NCBI GenBank assembly: GCA_963666205.1
Contig: OY762654.1
Span: 1,824,001-1,888,000, forward strand
Direction: 5' to 3'
Source: Synergistales bacterium
GTDB taxonomy: Bacteria; Synergistota; Synergistia; Synergistales; JAFGMB01
Length of the DNA stretch: 64,000 nt
The notes below the pieces were generated by a model. That model was given only the letters and a program-made list of their open reading frames with translations. It made no database searches and had not been told where the DNA came from. Shown one piece after another: positions 1 through 9,949 of this stretch. Position numbers and translations under genes: made by a program. Position 1 is the stretch's first letter; each line of letters starts with the position of its first letter.

Positions 1-2
1 AA

Positions 3-338
3 TCTTCCCATGGCCCGGCTCAGGGTGAAATTAAGGGTGGTCATGTTGTGTCCGAAGGAAATGTTCTTCCCGCTTCCAGCTCCTAGAAAAGCTGCTACAA
101 CTTCCCGGGTATCCTCGATCATCTGGTCTGATTCATTTGTGGTTACAAAAAAACCATGGGTGTTCGAATTATGGGTGGTGTAATAATGGCTCACTCCGTC
201 GATCACTGCCTGTGGGACCTGTGTGCCTCCCGGACCGTCAAAATAGGCCAGGGGATAATCGTTGTGGGTCCTTGCCAGGGATGGAAATTCCTCTCTTCTT
301 CCCCATACGTCCTTGTAATCCTGAAACCAGTTATCCAT
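3..338 (-). CDS. Cysteine desulfurase-like protein, VC1184 subfamily (aminotransferase class V); N-terminal part only, runs off the window edge
   Basis: Not in the ORF track. Manual translation from ATG 338 (SD GGGGAGGA): MDNWFQDYKDVWGRREEFPSLARTHNDYPLAYFDGPGGTQVPQAVIDG...SNTHG...ISFGHNMTTLNF. YFDGPGGTQVP and G.NMTTL are hallmarks of this subfamily. Confidence 0.85.
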   Translation of the reverse strand, partial: MDNWFQDYKDVWGRREEFPSLARTHNDYPLAYFDGPGGTQVPQAVIDGVSHYYTTHNSNTHGFFVTTNESDQMIEDTREVVAAFLGAGSGKNISFGHNMTTLNFTLSRAMGR

Positions 339-436
339 TCAGATTCCTCCCCGTAGAATAGTGTTTGAAAAAAGCGATAATTCAGATGCCTCTACTTTTA
401 TAACACATCAGGGGAATTATGAGGGTAAATCTCATT

Positions 437-483
437 AAAAAAGGGCTGGAACAGTGGTAACTTCAATGCCCACTTTCCAGCCC
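437..483 (-). terminator. Intrinsic terminator of the aldolase operon
   Basis: Stem GGGCTGGAA/TTCCAGCCC followed on the minus strand by a T-run (A437-442). Confidence 0.7.
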
Positions 484-535
484 CGCTTAATTACTGGATT
501 GATGAAGTCCACACCTGATATTTCCAGGAAGGATA

Positions 536-1519
536 TCAATTCAATTTTTTTGCAGAGGATCGGATCAGTTCCTCTGAAGGATTGCTTTTTTCTTTTTTTG
601 AAACTTCTACGATCAGTTGTTTAAGATCCACCTTTTCTTCTTCAGCTATTGATCTGAAAAGAGGTAAAAAATTTGAATGAAATCCTGCAAATCCAAAGGT
701 CAGATCAAGGGGCGTAATTCCGCTTTTGGGCGCAAAAACCGGTAAGAGGTCTTTTTCTATGAACCTGAACAGGGTATAAATATCAACATTCTCCAGATGG
801 CCTGTTCTTTTCAAAGCTGCTACCAGCACTTCTGTCGGAGCATTTCCTGCACTTCGTGCAAGTCCCATAAGACTGCAGTCAAGGGAGAAGGCTCCTTCCC
901 GGTATGCAGCAAGGGCGTTGGCAACAGAAAGCCCCATATTATTGTGGCCATGGAATCCTACCGGAATTGTAACGGCATTCACCATGGTCTTTACGTAGGA
1001 TCCTGTTTCTTCAGGAAGCATGTATCCTGCAGAGTCCATAATTGTTACACCCTGGGCACCGTAGGATTCCACTTTTCTTGCATCCTCCGCAAGTTTCCGG
1101 CTGTCAAGGGCATAAGCTTTCATAAGGCTGTAGCGTACTTCCAAACCCAGGTTTCGGGCCTTGTTTATGACCTCTTCAGACTGTTCAACTTCGCCTGCGT
1201 TCGTTCCAATCCGCAGGAAACCCAGTTTGTATCCGGCAGCCAGTTCAAGATCTTCATCTCTTACAAATCTTGGCTGACAGAACATTCCCAGGTTTGCCTC
1301 GGAAAGATATGGTGATATGCATTCCAGGTATTCAGTATCAGAGGCCGAAGCCATTTTAGGACTTGTGAAATTGCCCCCTATACTGGAACTGTGTCCAAGT
1401 TCTATGGTTTTGATTCCAGAGGAGATAAGGCCTTTTACTACCTTTTCTGTTATCTCAAGGTCAAATCCAGCTCCAATAATATTTGCGCCATCACGAAGAG
1501 TACAATCGAGTAACTCCAT
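536..1519 (-). CDS. DRE-TIM metallolyase, 4-hydroxy-2-oxovalerate aldolase-like
   Basis: LLDCTLRDG N-terminal motif, DSAG, GFHGHNNMGLSVAN metal motif, GLARSAGNAPTE, and a C-terminal DmpG-like GFHSNFL helix region. Confidence 0.8.
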   Translation of the reverse strand: MELLDCTLRDGANIIGAGFDLEITEKVVKGLISSGIKTIELGHSSSIGGNFTSPKMASASDTEYLECISPYLSEANLGMFCQPRFVRDEDLELAAGYKLGFLRIGTNAGEVEQSEEVINKARNLGLEVRYSLMKAYALDSRKLAEDARKVESYGAQGVTIMDSAGYMLPEETGSYVKTMVNAVTIPVGFHGHNNMGLSVANALAAYREGAFSLDCSLMGLARSAGNAPTEVLVAALKRTGHLENVDIYTLFRFIEKDLLPVFAPKSGITPLDLTFGFAGFHSNFLPLFRSIAEEEKVDLKQLIVEVSKKEKSNPSEELIRSSAKKLN

Positions 1520-1555
1520 CTGATAAATGTCAACTCCTTCAAATAACCGGTGATC

Positions 1556-3073
1556 TTAAGTTTTCATGTTACGTGCCTGATCTGATGTTCTTATCCTTGA
1601 CTTTTTAATCTCCTTGTAAAGAGGAAAGAAGACGGATAGCACGATAAGCACTATTATTGCCAGAGACAAAGGTCTCTGGAAAAAGGGAATAAAACTTCCA
1701 TGGAACAGGATAAGAGACCGCCTCAGTTCGGCTTCAGCCATGGGGCCAAGAATAAGGGCAAGGACTATTGGTGCTGGGGAGAAATCGTACCTTTCCATAA
1801 GGTATCCCAGGATGCCGAATCCGAACAAAAGCCCGACATCAAACAGATTGTTCCTGATAGCAAAGGATCCTATCACGCTCAATACACAGATAACCGGTGC
1901 CAGGATCCTTGTGGGGGTCTTTATGACCTTTACAAAATATTTAGCAAAGGCTATTCCGATGATAAAGAACATGATGTTGGCAATAAAAAGAGAAAGTATA
2001 AGGGTATAGGTTATGTCTGCATATTTTATAAAAAGGTTTGGCCCTGGGATCAGGCCATGAATGGTAAGGCCCCCTATGAAAACTGCAGTTACCGCATTGC
2101 CAGGGATCCCCAGGGTAAGAGCAGGCACAAGAGAGCCTCCAGTGACAGCGTTATTTGCCGCTTCTGAGGCGGCAACTCCTTCGGGGTTTCCCTTGCCGAA
2201 ACTCTCAGGTTCTTTAGAAGCTCTTCTGGCTTCGTTATAACTTATGAAAGAAGCTATGCTTGTGCCGGCTCCAGGCATTATTCCCACAATGGTACCTATA
2301 ACTGACGATCTGATGGTAGTAACCCAGGTTCTGGACATATCAGCCAGGGTAGGTAGGACCCTGTCTGAAAAGGAGACATCTTTTTTTACGATGGAGGACT
2401 CCTTTGAGATGGCAATTTTTATAGCCTGGGAAAGGGAAAAAAGACCTATTAATGCTGGAAGGATCGGAATTCCATCAAGCAGGGAATCAGAATTGAAGAT
2501 AAACCTTGGATAGCCGGTAAAACTGTCCATCCCTACTGTTGCTATCAGGAGTCCGAAAACTCCTGAAATGAGTCCGTTAAGATAGGAATTGGATGAAACG
2601 CTGATAATGATTGAAAGACCGAAAATGGCCACCAGGAAATATTCGGGGGGGCCGAACTTCAACGCTATCTTTGCCAGGAGGGGTGCTATCAGGAGAAGAG
2701 CGACGGTACTTATAATTCCTCCGATAAAGGAAGCTGTTGTTGATATCCCGATGGCCTTACCTCCAAGCCCCTGCTGTGTCATTGGGAAACCGTCAAAAGT
2801 TGTAGCGATAGAGGCATCGGTTCCAGGGGTTCGGAGAAGAATGGCTGTAATAGATCCGCCGTAGACAGAACTGCAATATATGGCTCCAAGAAGGATCAAT
2901 CCGGTTTTTGGATCCATCCCGAAGGTAAGGGGAATAGCAAGGGCAACCCCCATGGTTGAAGAAAGGCCTGGTAGTGCTCCTATAACAAGCCCTGCTACCG
3001 TACCAAGAAACAGGACTAGGAAGGAATGGGGGGTAAAAACATATCCGAGAGCTATTGCTAAATGGTCAAGCAT
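1556..3073 (-). CDS. tctA: Tripartite tricarboxylate transporter large permease TctA
   Basis: GALPGLSSTM, YGGSITAILLRTPGT, FGPPEYF, EAANNA and GIPG motifs. Confidence 0.93.
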   Translation of the reverse strand: MLDHLAIALGYVFTPHSFLVLFLGTVAGLVIGALPGLSSTMGVALAIPLTFGMDPKTGLILLGAIYCSSVYGGSITAILLRTPGTDASIATTFDGFPMTQQGLGGKAIGISTTASFIGGIISTVALLLIAPLLAKIALKFGPPEYFLVAIFGLSIIISVSSNSYLNGLISGVFGLLIATVGMDSFTGYPRFIFNSDSLLDGIPILPALIGLFSLSQAIKIAISKESSIVKKDVSFSDRVLPTLADMSRTWVTTIRSSVIGTIVGIMPGAGTSIASFISYNEARRASKEPESFGKGNPEGVAASEAANNAVTGGSLVPALTLGIPGNAVTAVFIGGLTIHGLIPGPNLFIKYADITYTLILSLFIANIMFFIIGIAFAKYFVKVIKTPTRILAPVICVLSVIGSFAIRNNLFDVGLLFGFGILGYLMERYDFSPAPIVLALILGPMAEAELRRSLILFHGSFIPFFQRPLSLAIIVLIVLSVFFPLYKEIKKSRIRTSDQARNMKT

Positions 3074-3097
3074 GGTAGTTCACCTCTAAATCCACCT

Positions 3098-3526
3098 TTA
3101 GAAAAGTAGTCCTCTGGGGATGGGTATATGGAGCATAAGGTCGAAGAAAGTGTATATCAATCCCGTTGTTGAAAGGGAAATTATAATGACAGTTATGGTT
3201 TTGGCTGCTTTAAGCATAAACATGAATGACAGCAGGAAAATCAGTGTGGAACTGTAAAATCCCAGAAAACGTACAAGTATTATGTAAAGAAGAATAGAAG
3301 CAGTGACCATGAAAAACTTGCTGTAAGACGCATGTTCACCGGTCTCTTTTTCTGTCTTGTTGTTTTTCAATGATCTCTTAATGAGGAACATTGAAAGAAA
3401 GATCAGCAGGGCGGAATAAACAGTTGGCATTACCCTGGATTCCTTCGGATATTCCTGGGCTGCTACTATTGCTGCAACACCGCATATAATCAAAATGGCC
3501 GCTATCAATAAATCCCGTTTCTTCAT
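3098..3526 (-). CDS. tctB: TTT small permease TctB
   Basis: 142 aa with 4-5 TM segments, LGFY..T motif, ends in P.P.G; lies between tctC and tctA. Confidence 0.85.
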   Translation of the reverse strand: MKKRDLLIAAILIICGVAAIVAAQEYPKESRVMPTVYSALLIFLSMFLIKRSLKNNKTEKETGEHASYSKFFMVTASILLYIILVRFLGFYSSTLIFLLSFMFMLKAAKTITVIIISLSTTGLIYTFFDLMLHIPIPRGLLF

Positions 3527-3551
3527 CCTTAAAACCCCTTTTGTATCAGAG

Positions 3552-3574
3552 GGGCAGGGGAATACCCCCTGCCC
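3552..3574 (-). other. Stem-loop after the binding-protein gene
   Basis: GGGCAGGGG-aatac-CCCCTGCCC between tctC and tctB. Confidence 0.6.
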
Positions 3575-3585
3575 GCTGTTAATAG

Positions 3586-4566
3586 CTATTTCTTGATCCA
3601 GGGATCTGCTTCCCAGAGACCCTTCCAGAATTCATGCTGTTCCAGAAGGAATTTGCCGTAATCGTCACCGGCCATGAAATCGAGAGGCATGTTAAGTTTT
3701 TTAAGCTCCGCGAGGTATGTCGGGTCACTGGCGATCTTTGTCATTGCATTGATAAGAACTTCAAGCTGTTCCTTTGCCATATCCTTAGGGGCCGCAAATC
3801 CCCTGGAGGAAGCCTGAAGGACGGTGAAACCAAGTTCCGGGAAGGTGGGTACATCGGCAACTTCAGGAGACCTCTTGCTGTTCTCTACTGCCAGTCCGCG
3901 AAGCTGACCGTTCTGTATCATGTCTGCTACTTCGGAGACGTTTACTGCCATTGCGTCAATATGACCTCCCATCAAAGCTGCCTTTGCAGGAGCATCACCA
4001 TCGAAGGGCACGCCGTTCAGGGTTATGCCAGCTTCCTTTTCGAAAGCAAGGATTCCCAGATGATCGCCGCCGCCTTTGCCTTCATGGGAGATGGATATCT
4101 TGCCAGGATTCTTTTTTGCATCATCGATAAGGTCCTGAAGTGTTTTGTAAGGGCTGTCAGCTCCGACACAGATTATGCCGGGGTCTGTAACTACATTTGC
4201 AATGGGGGCAAAATCAGTGATCCTGTACCTTACGACTTTAGGTCTTGTGATAGGATTAACCACTACCGGAGATACATTGATAAGTCCAATGGTGTAGCCA
4301 TCCGCTTTTGCTTTGGCAAGGGCAGTGAAACCTATATCTCCGCCTGAACCGTCCTTATTTACTACGACAAAGGGCTGACCCAGTTCTGCTTCAAGATATT
4401 TGGCGGTAATTCGTGCGAGTGTATCAGTGCTGCCGCCTGGAGCGTAAGCCACTACCATTGTTACTGCTTTGGAGGGATAGTCACCTGCGAAAGATATTCC
4501 AAAGGCCAATGCAAGGCAAACAAGGGCCATCATGGTTATCATGCAAAACTTTCTGGATCTGGACAT
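3586..4566 (-). CDS. tctC: TTT substrate-binding protein TctC (Bug family)
   Basis: Signal peptide, YPSKAVTMVVAYAPGGSTD, ADGYT, GGHID motifs. Start moved to ATG 4566 (SD AGGAGGTG). Confidence 0.92.
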   Translation of the reverse strand: MSRSRKFCMITMMALVCLALAFGISFAGDYPSKAVTMVVAYAPGGSTDTLARITAKYLEAELGQPFVVVNKDGSGGDIGFTALAKAKADGYTIGLINVSPVVVNPITRPKVVRYRITDFAPIANVVTDPGIICVGADSPYKTLQDLIDDAKKNPGKISISHEGKGGGDHLGILAFEKEAGITLNGVPFDGDAPAKAALMGGHIDAMAVNVSEVADMIQNGQLRGLAVENSKRSPEVADVPTFPELGFTVLQASSRGFAAPKDMAKEQLEVLINAMTKIASDPTYLAELKKLNMPLDFMAGDDYGKFLLEQHEFWKGLWEADPWIKK

Positions 4567-4743
4567 TCTTTTACACCTCCTGAGAATTATTACAAAAATC
4601 TTTTTCATACAGGAATCTGATCAGACCATTCCTCATTGGCCAGCCGTTCCTGCGATAAAACCGCTTCTCCTCTATGATTCTGCAACAAATAAAGCACCTT
4701 TACTCACTACCACCTCCTAAACGCTATATGGACTCCAATTGTT

Positions 4744-5946
4744 TCAATTTTCCATTTCTGAAAGGAATTCCTTCAGTCGTGACATCCCTTCAATAATATT
4801 TTCATCTGATACAGAGTAGGCGATCCTGAAAAACCCCGGCATAAGAAAAGCGGTACCCGGTACGAGGGCTATGTTTTTTGAATCCAGCAGTATCTCGCAG
4901 AATGCTATATCGTCGGTGATCTTCGCGTCTTTGAATTTCATTCCCTGGCATTTCTTTATGTTTACAAATACATAAAAGGCACCATCCGGAGGGGTATAAC
5001 TGATCAAAGGCATTTCATCCAGTAGTCCAAGGATAAGATGTCTTCTTCGCTCAAAATTCTGTCTCATCCATTCAACATCGGACTGAGCTTCTTTTAGAGC
5101 TCCAAGGGCTGCCCATTGAGATATGGTGCTGGTATTGGATGTCAGGTGGCTCTGGAATGAGACGATCTTTTCCATAAGTTCTTTCGGACCCAGGGCAAAA
5201 CCAAGTCTCCAGCCTGTCATTGCATAGCTCTTGCTGGCTCCGTTGATATTGATGACATGTTCCCGGGCTTCAGGTGCAGCCTGCAGGATCTGACAATATT
5301 TTCTATTGCCGAAAACCAGTCTTTCATAGACTTCATCGTTGATAATCAGGAGATCCCTATCCATTGCCAGGTGGGCAAGATCTTTGAGAAAATTGGCGGT
5401 GTAGACAACCCCTGTAGGGTTATTGGGCGAGTTTATTATGATGGCCACTGTATTGATGTTTATTTTTTCATTTATGGCTTCTATTGTGGGAACAAAGTCA
5501 GTATTTTCTGTATTCACTATTACGGGAATGCCGTCGAAAAGTCTGATCTGTTCAACATAGCTTACCCATGCCGGAGCAATAACTATTACTTCTTTTGCCT
5601 CTTCCACAATACATCCCAGTGCCTCATAAAGAAGTTGCTTTGCTCCTGTTCCTATAACTACTTCCGAGACAGGATAGGATATGTCGAAACGGGATCTGTA
5701 ATAATCTGCAACAGCCTGTTTAAGTTCATTAATTCCGCTTGTAGAGGTATAGTGGGTATGTCCGTCATCCATAGCCTTCTTTGCATATTCAAGAGCTGGT
5801 TTGGGAGAAGTGTAGTCAGGTTCCCCCGTAGAAAAAGAGATTACCGGGTAACCCTGTTCCTTTTTAAGCCGTGCCTTACTTGCCATGGCCGTTGTGGCTG
5901 ATGGTTCCATCCTTTCGATCCTTGAAGTGAACTTCAATAAAGACAC
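4744..5946 (-). CDS. PLP-dependent aminotransferase class I/II (AspC-like)
   Basis: GEPD, NSPNNPTG, DEVY, SKSYAMTGWRLG (PLP lysine). Confidence 0.92.
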   Translation of the reverse strand: MSLLKFTSRIERMEPSATTAMASKARLKKEQGYPVISFSTGEPDYTSPKPALEYAKKAMDDGHTHYTSTSGINELKQAVADYYRSRFDISYPVSEVVIGTGAKQLLYEALGCIVEEAKEVIVIAPAWVSYVEQIRLFDGIPVIVNTENTDFVPTIEAINEKININTVAIIINSPNNPTGVVYTANFLKDLAHLAMDRDLLIINDEVYERLVFGNRKYCQILQAAPEAREHVININGASKSYAMTGWRLGFALGPKELMEKIVSFQSHLTSNTSTISQWAALGALKEAQSDVEWMRQNFERRRHLILGLLDEMPLISYTPPDGAFYVFVNIKKCQGMKFKDAKITDDIAFCEILLDSKNIALVPGTAFLMPGFFRIAYSVSDENIIEGMSRLKEFLSEMEN

Positions 5947-5971
5947 GCTCCTTTAACTGACTGTTAAAATC

Positions 5972-6817
5972 TTATTCATCTGTGTCCATAAGTATGTTCC
6001 AGCGTTTACATATCTCGCTATTTTTCCCTACCCGTTGAAGAGCTTCTGTTTTATTGGCCAGGGCCACCCCTGTAGCCAGGGCGTTCAGTACAGCATTTGC
6101 TGCAACGGTGGAATTAAAGAAACTCTGACTTTCATATTCTGTGGGTATTACAACATCGGCCATAAGGCCCACCGGAGAAAGAGCTCCATCGGTAATGGCT
6201 ATGATCCTGCATCCCAGCCTTTCTGCTTCTTCCACGATTGATACGGTAAACTTTGCATATCGGGGGAAGCAGATAGCAACCATTACATCCGCGGAGGTCA
6301 TTCTCAGGAGTTGTTCGGGATATCTTCCTTCATTCAGTGTTATAAGGTTTACACCTCCCCGGACCTGTTCAAGGACAAGGCTGAAAAACGATGCAGCACC
6401 GTATTGAGTCCTCATGCCTGCTACATTAACCTCTCTGGCCTCGCAGAGGAGTTTTACTGCCTGGTTGAAGGTTTTTTCGGAGATCCTCTCTGCAGTCATC
6501 TTTATATTCTCAATATCTTTAGAAAGGGATTCCCTGAAGCCAAAACTTCCCTCTGATATGGATGCCCTCTCGAGTCTTTCACTGGGAAGAAGGCGTTGTT
6601 TCAGAAACACCCTGACTTCTTCCTGCATTTCAGGAAAACCCCTGTATCCCATTTCCGCTGCTGCCCTGGATACTGTCGAAGCGCTCACTCCCACGCTGCT
6701 GGCAAGTTCATCAATAGTCATAAAAGCCACCGTATCCGGATTGGAAAGAGTGAAAACAGCAACTTCCTGTTTGGCCCCACTCAGGTTTTTGCAGGCTTTC
6801 TTGATTTTATTCAGCAT
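5972..6817 (-). CDS. MurR/RpiR family transcriptional regulator (HTH + SIS)
   Basis: TIDELA..VGVSASTVSR...GYRGFPEMQ HTH; ICFPRY and IIAITD..SP SIS motifs. Confidence 0.92.
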   Translation of the reverse strand: MLNKIKKACKNLSGAKQEVAVFTLSNPDTVAFMTIDELASSVGVSASTVSRAAAEMGYRGFPEMQEEVRVFLKQRLLPSERLERASISEGSFGFRESLSKDIENIKMTAERISEKTFNQAVKLLCEAREVNVAGMRTQYGAASFFSLVLEQVRGGVNLITLNEGRYPEQLLRMTSADVMVAICFPRYAKFTVSIVEEAERLGCRIIAITDGALSPVGLMADVVIPTEYESQSFFNSTVAANAVLNALATGVALANKTEALQRVGKNSEICKRWNILMDTDE

Positions 6818-6847
6818 CTACGGTATCCCCCTTGAAGAGTTGGAAAT

Positions 6848-6876
6848 ATTGTACCAAGTATAAAGATATGTTGCAA
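6848..6876 (-). promoter_or_regulatory. Sigma70-type promoter of the rpiR operon
   Basis: Minus strand TTGCAA-17 nt-TACAAT with an extended -10 TG. Confidence 0.55.
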
Positions 6877-6985
6877 ATATTTTTTCATTTGTATATACAA
6901 TTACCAAATTGCCAGTATAGAAAAGGGGGGCATTACGCCCCGCCAGGAAAAGTTCCTGTTACTTAAGCTCAAAATAGTCTTGTTT

Positions 6986-7549
6986 CTAGAGTTCTCCCTT
7001 TTCCAGTCCTTTAAGAATATCCTCTGTTGAAAGGACCTGTGCGAAGGTTCCGTTGAGGGCTGACATGAAAGAGAAATGAACATTTGCAGCGGACAGTTTC
7101 TGATCCCTGAAGATAAGATCCCTGGTGGTGCATCCATCATCTGCAACGATGCATGGAAAACCTATATCGAAGGCAGCCCTTACAGTTGAATCTATGCACA
7201 TATGTGACATGGCGCCGCAGATCACGAGCTGAACAATATTTTTTTCAAAGATCAGGTCCACCAGGCTTGTAGCTCGGAAACTGTTGGGAAAATGTTTTTC
7301 GATAACCGGTTCTGATCCCTCTGGTTTTACACGATCATGTATTTCTGCTCCGGCGCTTCCAGGGAGAAAGAAGGTCGAACCAGGATAGGTGGATATGTGC
7401 TGAACATGGAAGCGGGACATATCTCTTTTTCGAAAATAATCCAGCAGCTTTCGGGCATTATCTGCCGCTTTTTCCATTTCAACCAGTTCCATGGATCCTC
7501 CCTCGAAATAATCTTTCTGGATATCTACGAGAACAAGACCAGTCTTCAT
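6986..7549 (-). CDS. Isochorismatase-like cysteine hydrolase
   Basis: LVDIQKDYF, IEKHFPNSF, GAMSHMCIDSTVRAA (D/K/C triad). Start at ATG 7549 after SD GGAGG. Confidence 0.9.
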   Translation of the reverse strand: MKTGLVLVDIQKDYFEGGSMELVEMEKAADNARKLLDYFRKRDMSRFHVQHISTYPGSTFFLPGSAGAEIHDRVKPEGSEPVIEKHFPNSFRATSLVDLIFEKNIVQLVICGAMSHMCIDSTVRAAFDIGFPCIVADDGCTTRDLIFRDQKLSAANVHFSFMSALNGTFAQVLSTEDILKGLEKGEL

Positions 7550-7613
7550 GTTATTACCTCCAGTCATTTATCTTTTCCCGATGATTTCCATATCCGGGAA
7601 AGGACGAATCTTC

Positions 7614-9050
7614 TCAGAGTATTGGACTCAGGAGTTTTGCTATGCCCTGGACCGTCTTTACCCGGATGGGTCGTTTCTCCCATTGTTCGATATCGACCTT
7701 CGTGGCTCTTGATAGATATTTCTCCTGAGCCTTCCTGAGTTCTGATATCTCTTCCTTACCGTATAGCAGCATGTTCAGTTCAAAGTTGAGGGCAAAGGAG
7801 CGGATATCAAAATTACTTGACCCGAAAAAGGCAAGATCATCATCTACAGTCATTGTCTTTGCATGTAAAAGGTCTGGCTGGTAGAGGTATATATCTATAC
7901 CTATCTCCATCAGTTTTGAGTAGTAGGCTCTGGCAGCATTACCCACCAGAAACTGGTCAGACTTTTCAGGAACTATAAGGTCTACCTTTGCGCCATTAAG
8001 GCAGGCAACTTCCAGGGCCTGGAGAAGGCCTTCATCGGGTATCAGGTATGGAGTAGTTATGGTTACCCTTTCTCTCGCCTGGAACAGCGCAGAAGCAACA
8101 AGTCTCTGGTAGTTCTGGGTTTCATAGGCTGGACCGCTGGGAACCATCTGCAGGGGATATGTGCCACTCTCTTCTTTCGTAATATCCGCCAGGCATTGTG
8201 TCAATACCTGGTCAGTTTCCACATACCAGTCCTCAATAAAAACCCCCTGGATCTGCTCTACGATGGGTCCGGTAACTCTCATAGTAAGATCTTTCCATTC
8301 CCTCCCCTTTCCTTTTCCTCCGTAGGAAGGTTCGATCATATTGTGAGATCCCATGTAACCTGTGGTGCAGTCGATGACGGCAAGTTTACGGTGGTTCCTG
8401 AGGTCAAACCTTGCGGTCAGGGGAGTCCTCCTCAATCGTGACAGGGGAAGGGTTCTCTGCAGATTTATTCCTGCCTTCAGAAGATCAGGTCCTTCCTTCT
8501 TCAGAAACTTTTTTGAGCCCAGTTCGTCTAAAAGAAGATAACAGTTTATGCCCCTTCCTGCGGCGTTTTTAAGTGCATCGATGAGTGGGGCGGTCACATG
8601 GTCTTTCATAAATATGTAATAGAGAAGGGTCACATTCTTCCTGGCATTATCAATATCTTTAACCAGTTTCTCAACCAGCACCTCTGTGGAATCAATAAGT
8701 TCCATCTCCCTGGCATACTGAACAGGCCAGTGACCTAATTTCTCTCCCATGTTACTTATGGATTCAAGTTTTTCTGTAAAAACAGGTTTTCGAGGGGAAG
8801 GCCACATTTTAAGGGTTTCCTTCAGTCTGTTCACTGCATTTTCGTGACGCTCCCTTCGCTTCTGGGGAAGTCTTGTGGACCCAAGGGAAAGATAAAGCAG
8901 GCCTCCGGGAAGGGGCCAGAAAAGAATTACCATCAGCCAGGTCATTGCCACAGAAGGATTGTGTCTCAAGGGCAATACGCATATTGCTGCCAGGCGAACG
9001 GTGAAAAAGAAGATGTTGTAAAAACCAAGAACAAGAACGTTTAAAGTCAT
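7614..9050 (-). CDS. cls: Cardiolipin synthase
   Basis: N-terminal TM hairpin and two HKD motifs (RNHRKLAVID, LHAKTMTVD), GSSNFDIRSF. Confidence 0.92.
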   Translation of the reverse strand: MTLNVLVLGFYNIFFFTVRLAAICVLPLRHNPSVAMTWLMVILFWPLPGGLLYLSLGSTRLPQKRRERHENAVNRLKETLKMWPSPRKPVFTEKLESISNMGEKLGHWPVQYAREMELIDSTEVLVEKLVKDIDNARKNVTLLYYIFMKDHVTAPLIDALKNAAGRGINCYLLLDELGSKKFLKKEGPDLLKAGINLQRTLPLSRLRRTPLTARFDLRNHRKLAVIDCTTGYMGSHNMIEPSYGGKGKGREWKDLTMRVTGPIVEQIQGVFIEDWYVETDQVLTQCLADITKEESGTYPLQMVPSGPAYETQNYQRLVASALFQARERVTITTPYLIPDEGLLQALEVACLNGAKVDLIVPEKSDQFLVGNAARAYYSKLMEIGIDIYLYQPDLLHAKTMTVDDDLAFFGSSNFDIRSFALNFELNMLLYGKEEISELRKAQEKYLSRATKVDIEQWEKRPIRVKTVQGIAKLLSPIL

Positions 9051-9060
9051 ATTAACTATC

Positions 9061-9825
9061 TCATCCTCTCCGTTTTTCAATGTTGAAATCACATACCAGG
9101 GGCAGATGATCCGAGAGATGCACCCTTGGGATCTCCATAGTCTCTATCTTCACCTCTTTACTGGTAAGGAGGTAATCCAGCCTCAGTTTAGGCATGCGGC
9201 TCGGGAAAGTTGGTCTGGCAATGGTATCAGCATCCCTTAATCCTGTGGTTATTGTCAGAGGGTTGAGTTCGGAATGACCATGGAGAAGGTTGAAGTCTCC
9301 CCCGAGAAGGACAGGTTTTGATAAGACCTTACATCGGCCTGCTATTTCCTGAAGCTGGGTCTTTCGTGCCCTTTTCCCGAGGGAGAGATGGGCAAGAATA
9401 ACATGAAATTCGGTAAATTCAACCTCAAGGTATGTGTTCTTGATACCCCTGGAAAAGTGATGCTCTTTCGATGAAAGAATGGGCAGTCCGGAAAGAACTG
9501 CATTTCCATGAGAAGAGAGTATAGGCAGATAGTTCAGAGGAGATTTAGTCCCGTACTTATTGGAGAAGGTGTGTTCCCATCCTTTAAGAGAAGCCAGGTG
9601 ACGGGCCTGGCAGTGTTTTCTGTGACGATATGATCCCCCGTCCACCTCCAGAAGACATACGATATCTGCTTGCAGGGAATCGAGAAACTCGGCTATTCGC
9701 CTTATTCTTGTGGTCGAAAAACGGAAGAAACCGGAGAAAGGAAAGGGGAAGTGGTAATTCCAGTCGCTCCCCGTGCCATAACGGATATTATAAAAAACGA
9801 TCCTCATATTATTTGCCCTTTCCAC
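9061..9825 (-). CDS. Endonuclease/exonuclease/phosphatase family protein
   Basis: YNI, LLEVD, GNAVLS, GDFN, LDY, SDHLP motifs. Adjacent to cls, as in the ybhP-clsB arrangement. Confidence 0.88.
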   Translation of the reverse strand: MERANNMRIVFYNIRYGTGSDWNYHFPFPFSGFFRFSTTRIRRIAEFLDSLQADIVCLLEVDGGSYRHRKHCQARHLASLKGWEHTFSNKYGTKSPLNYLPILSSHGNAVLSGLPILSSKEHHFSRGIKNTYLEVEFTEFHVILAHLSLGKRARKTQLQEIAGRCKVLSKPVLLGGDFNLLHGHSELNPLTITTGLRDADTIARPTFPSRMPKLRLDYLLTSKEVKIETMEIPRVHLSDHLPLVCDFNIEKRRG

Positions 9826-9949
9826 ATCTACAGATATGCATCCAGGTCATTCGTCATCTTTGTAAAGTATGCAGTCTTATCTGTAATATGACAAGATATT
9901 TGTCTTGAGAAAGGACAGATTCTCCCCGGAATTGAATAAAATTAAGAAT

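Noticed and set aside
4672-4718. Strong SD (AGGAGGTGG) plus an 11-codon ORF MSKGALFVAES between the aminotransferase and tctC
   Set aside because: Too short, no informative codon bias, and no homology could be assessed.
7614-9825. EEP nuclease plus PLD-domain pair as an anti-phage system
   Set aside because: The PLD protein is a typical two-HKD cardiolipin synthase with N-terminal TM helices; the pairing matches the known ybhP-clsB arrangement.
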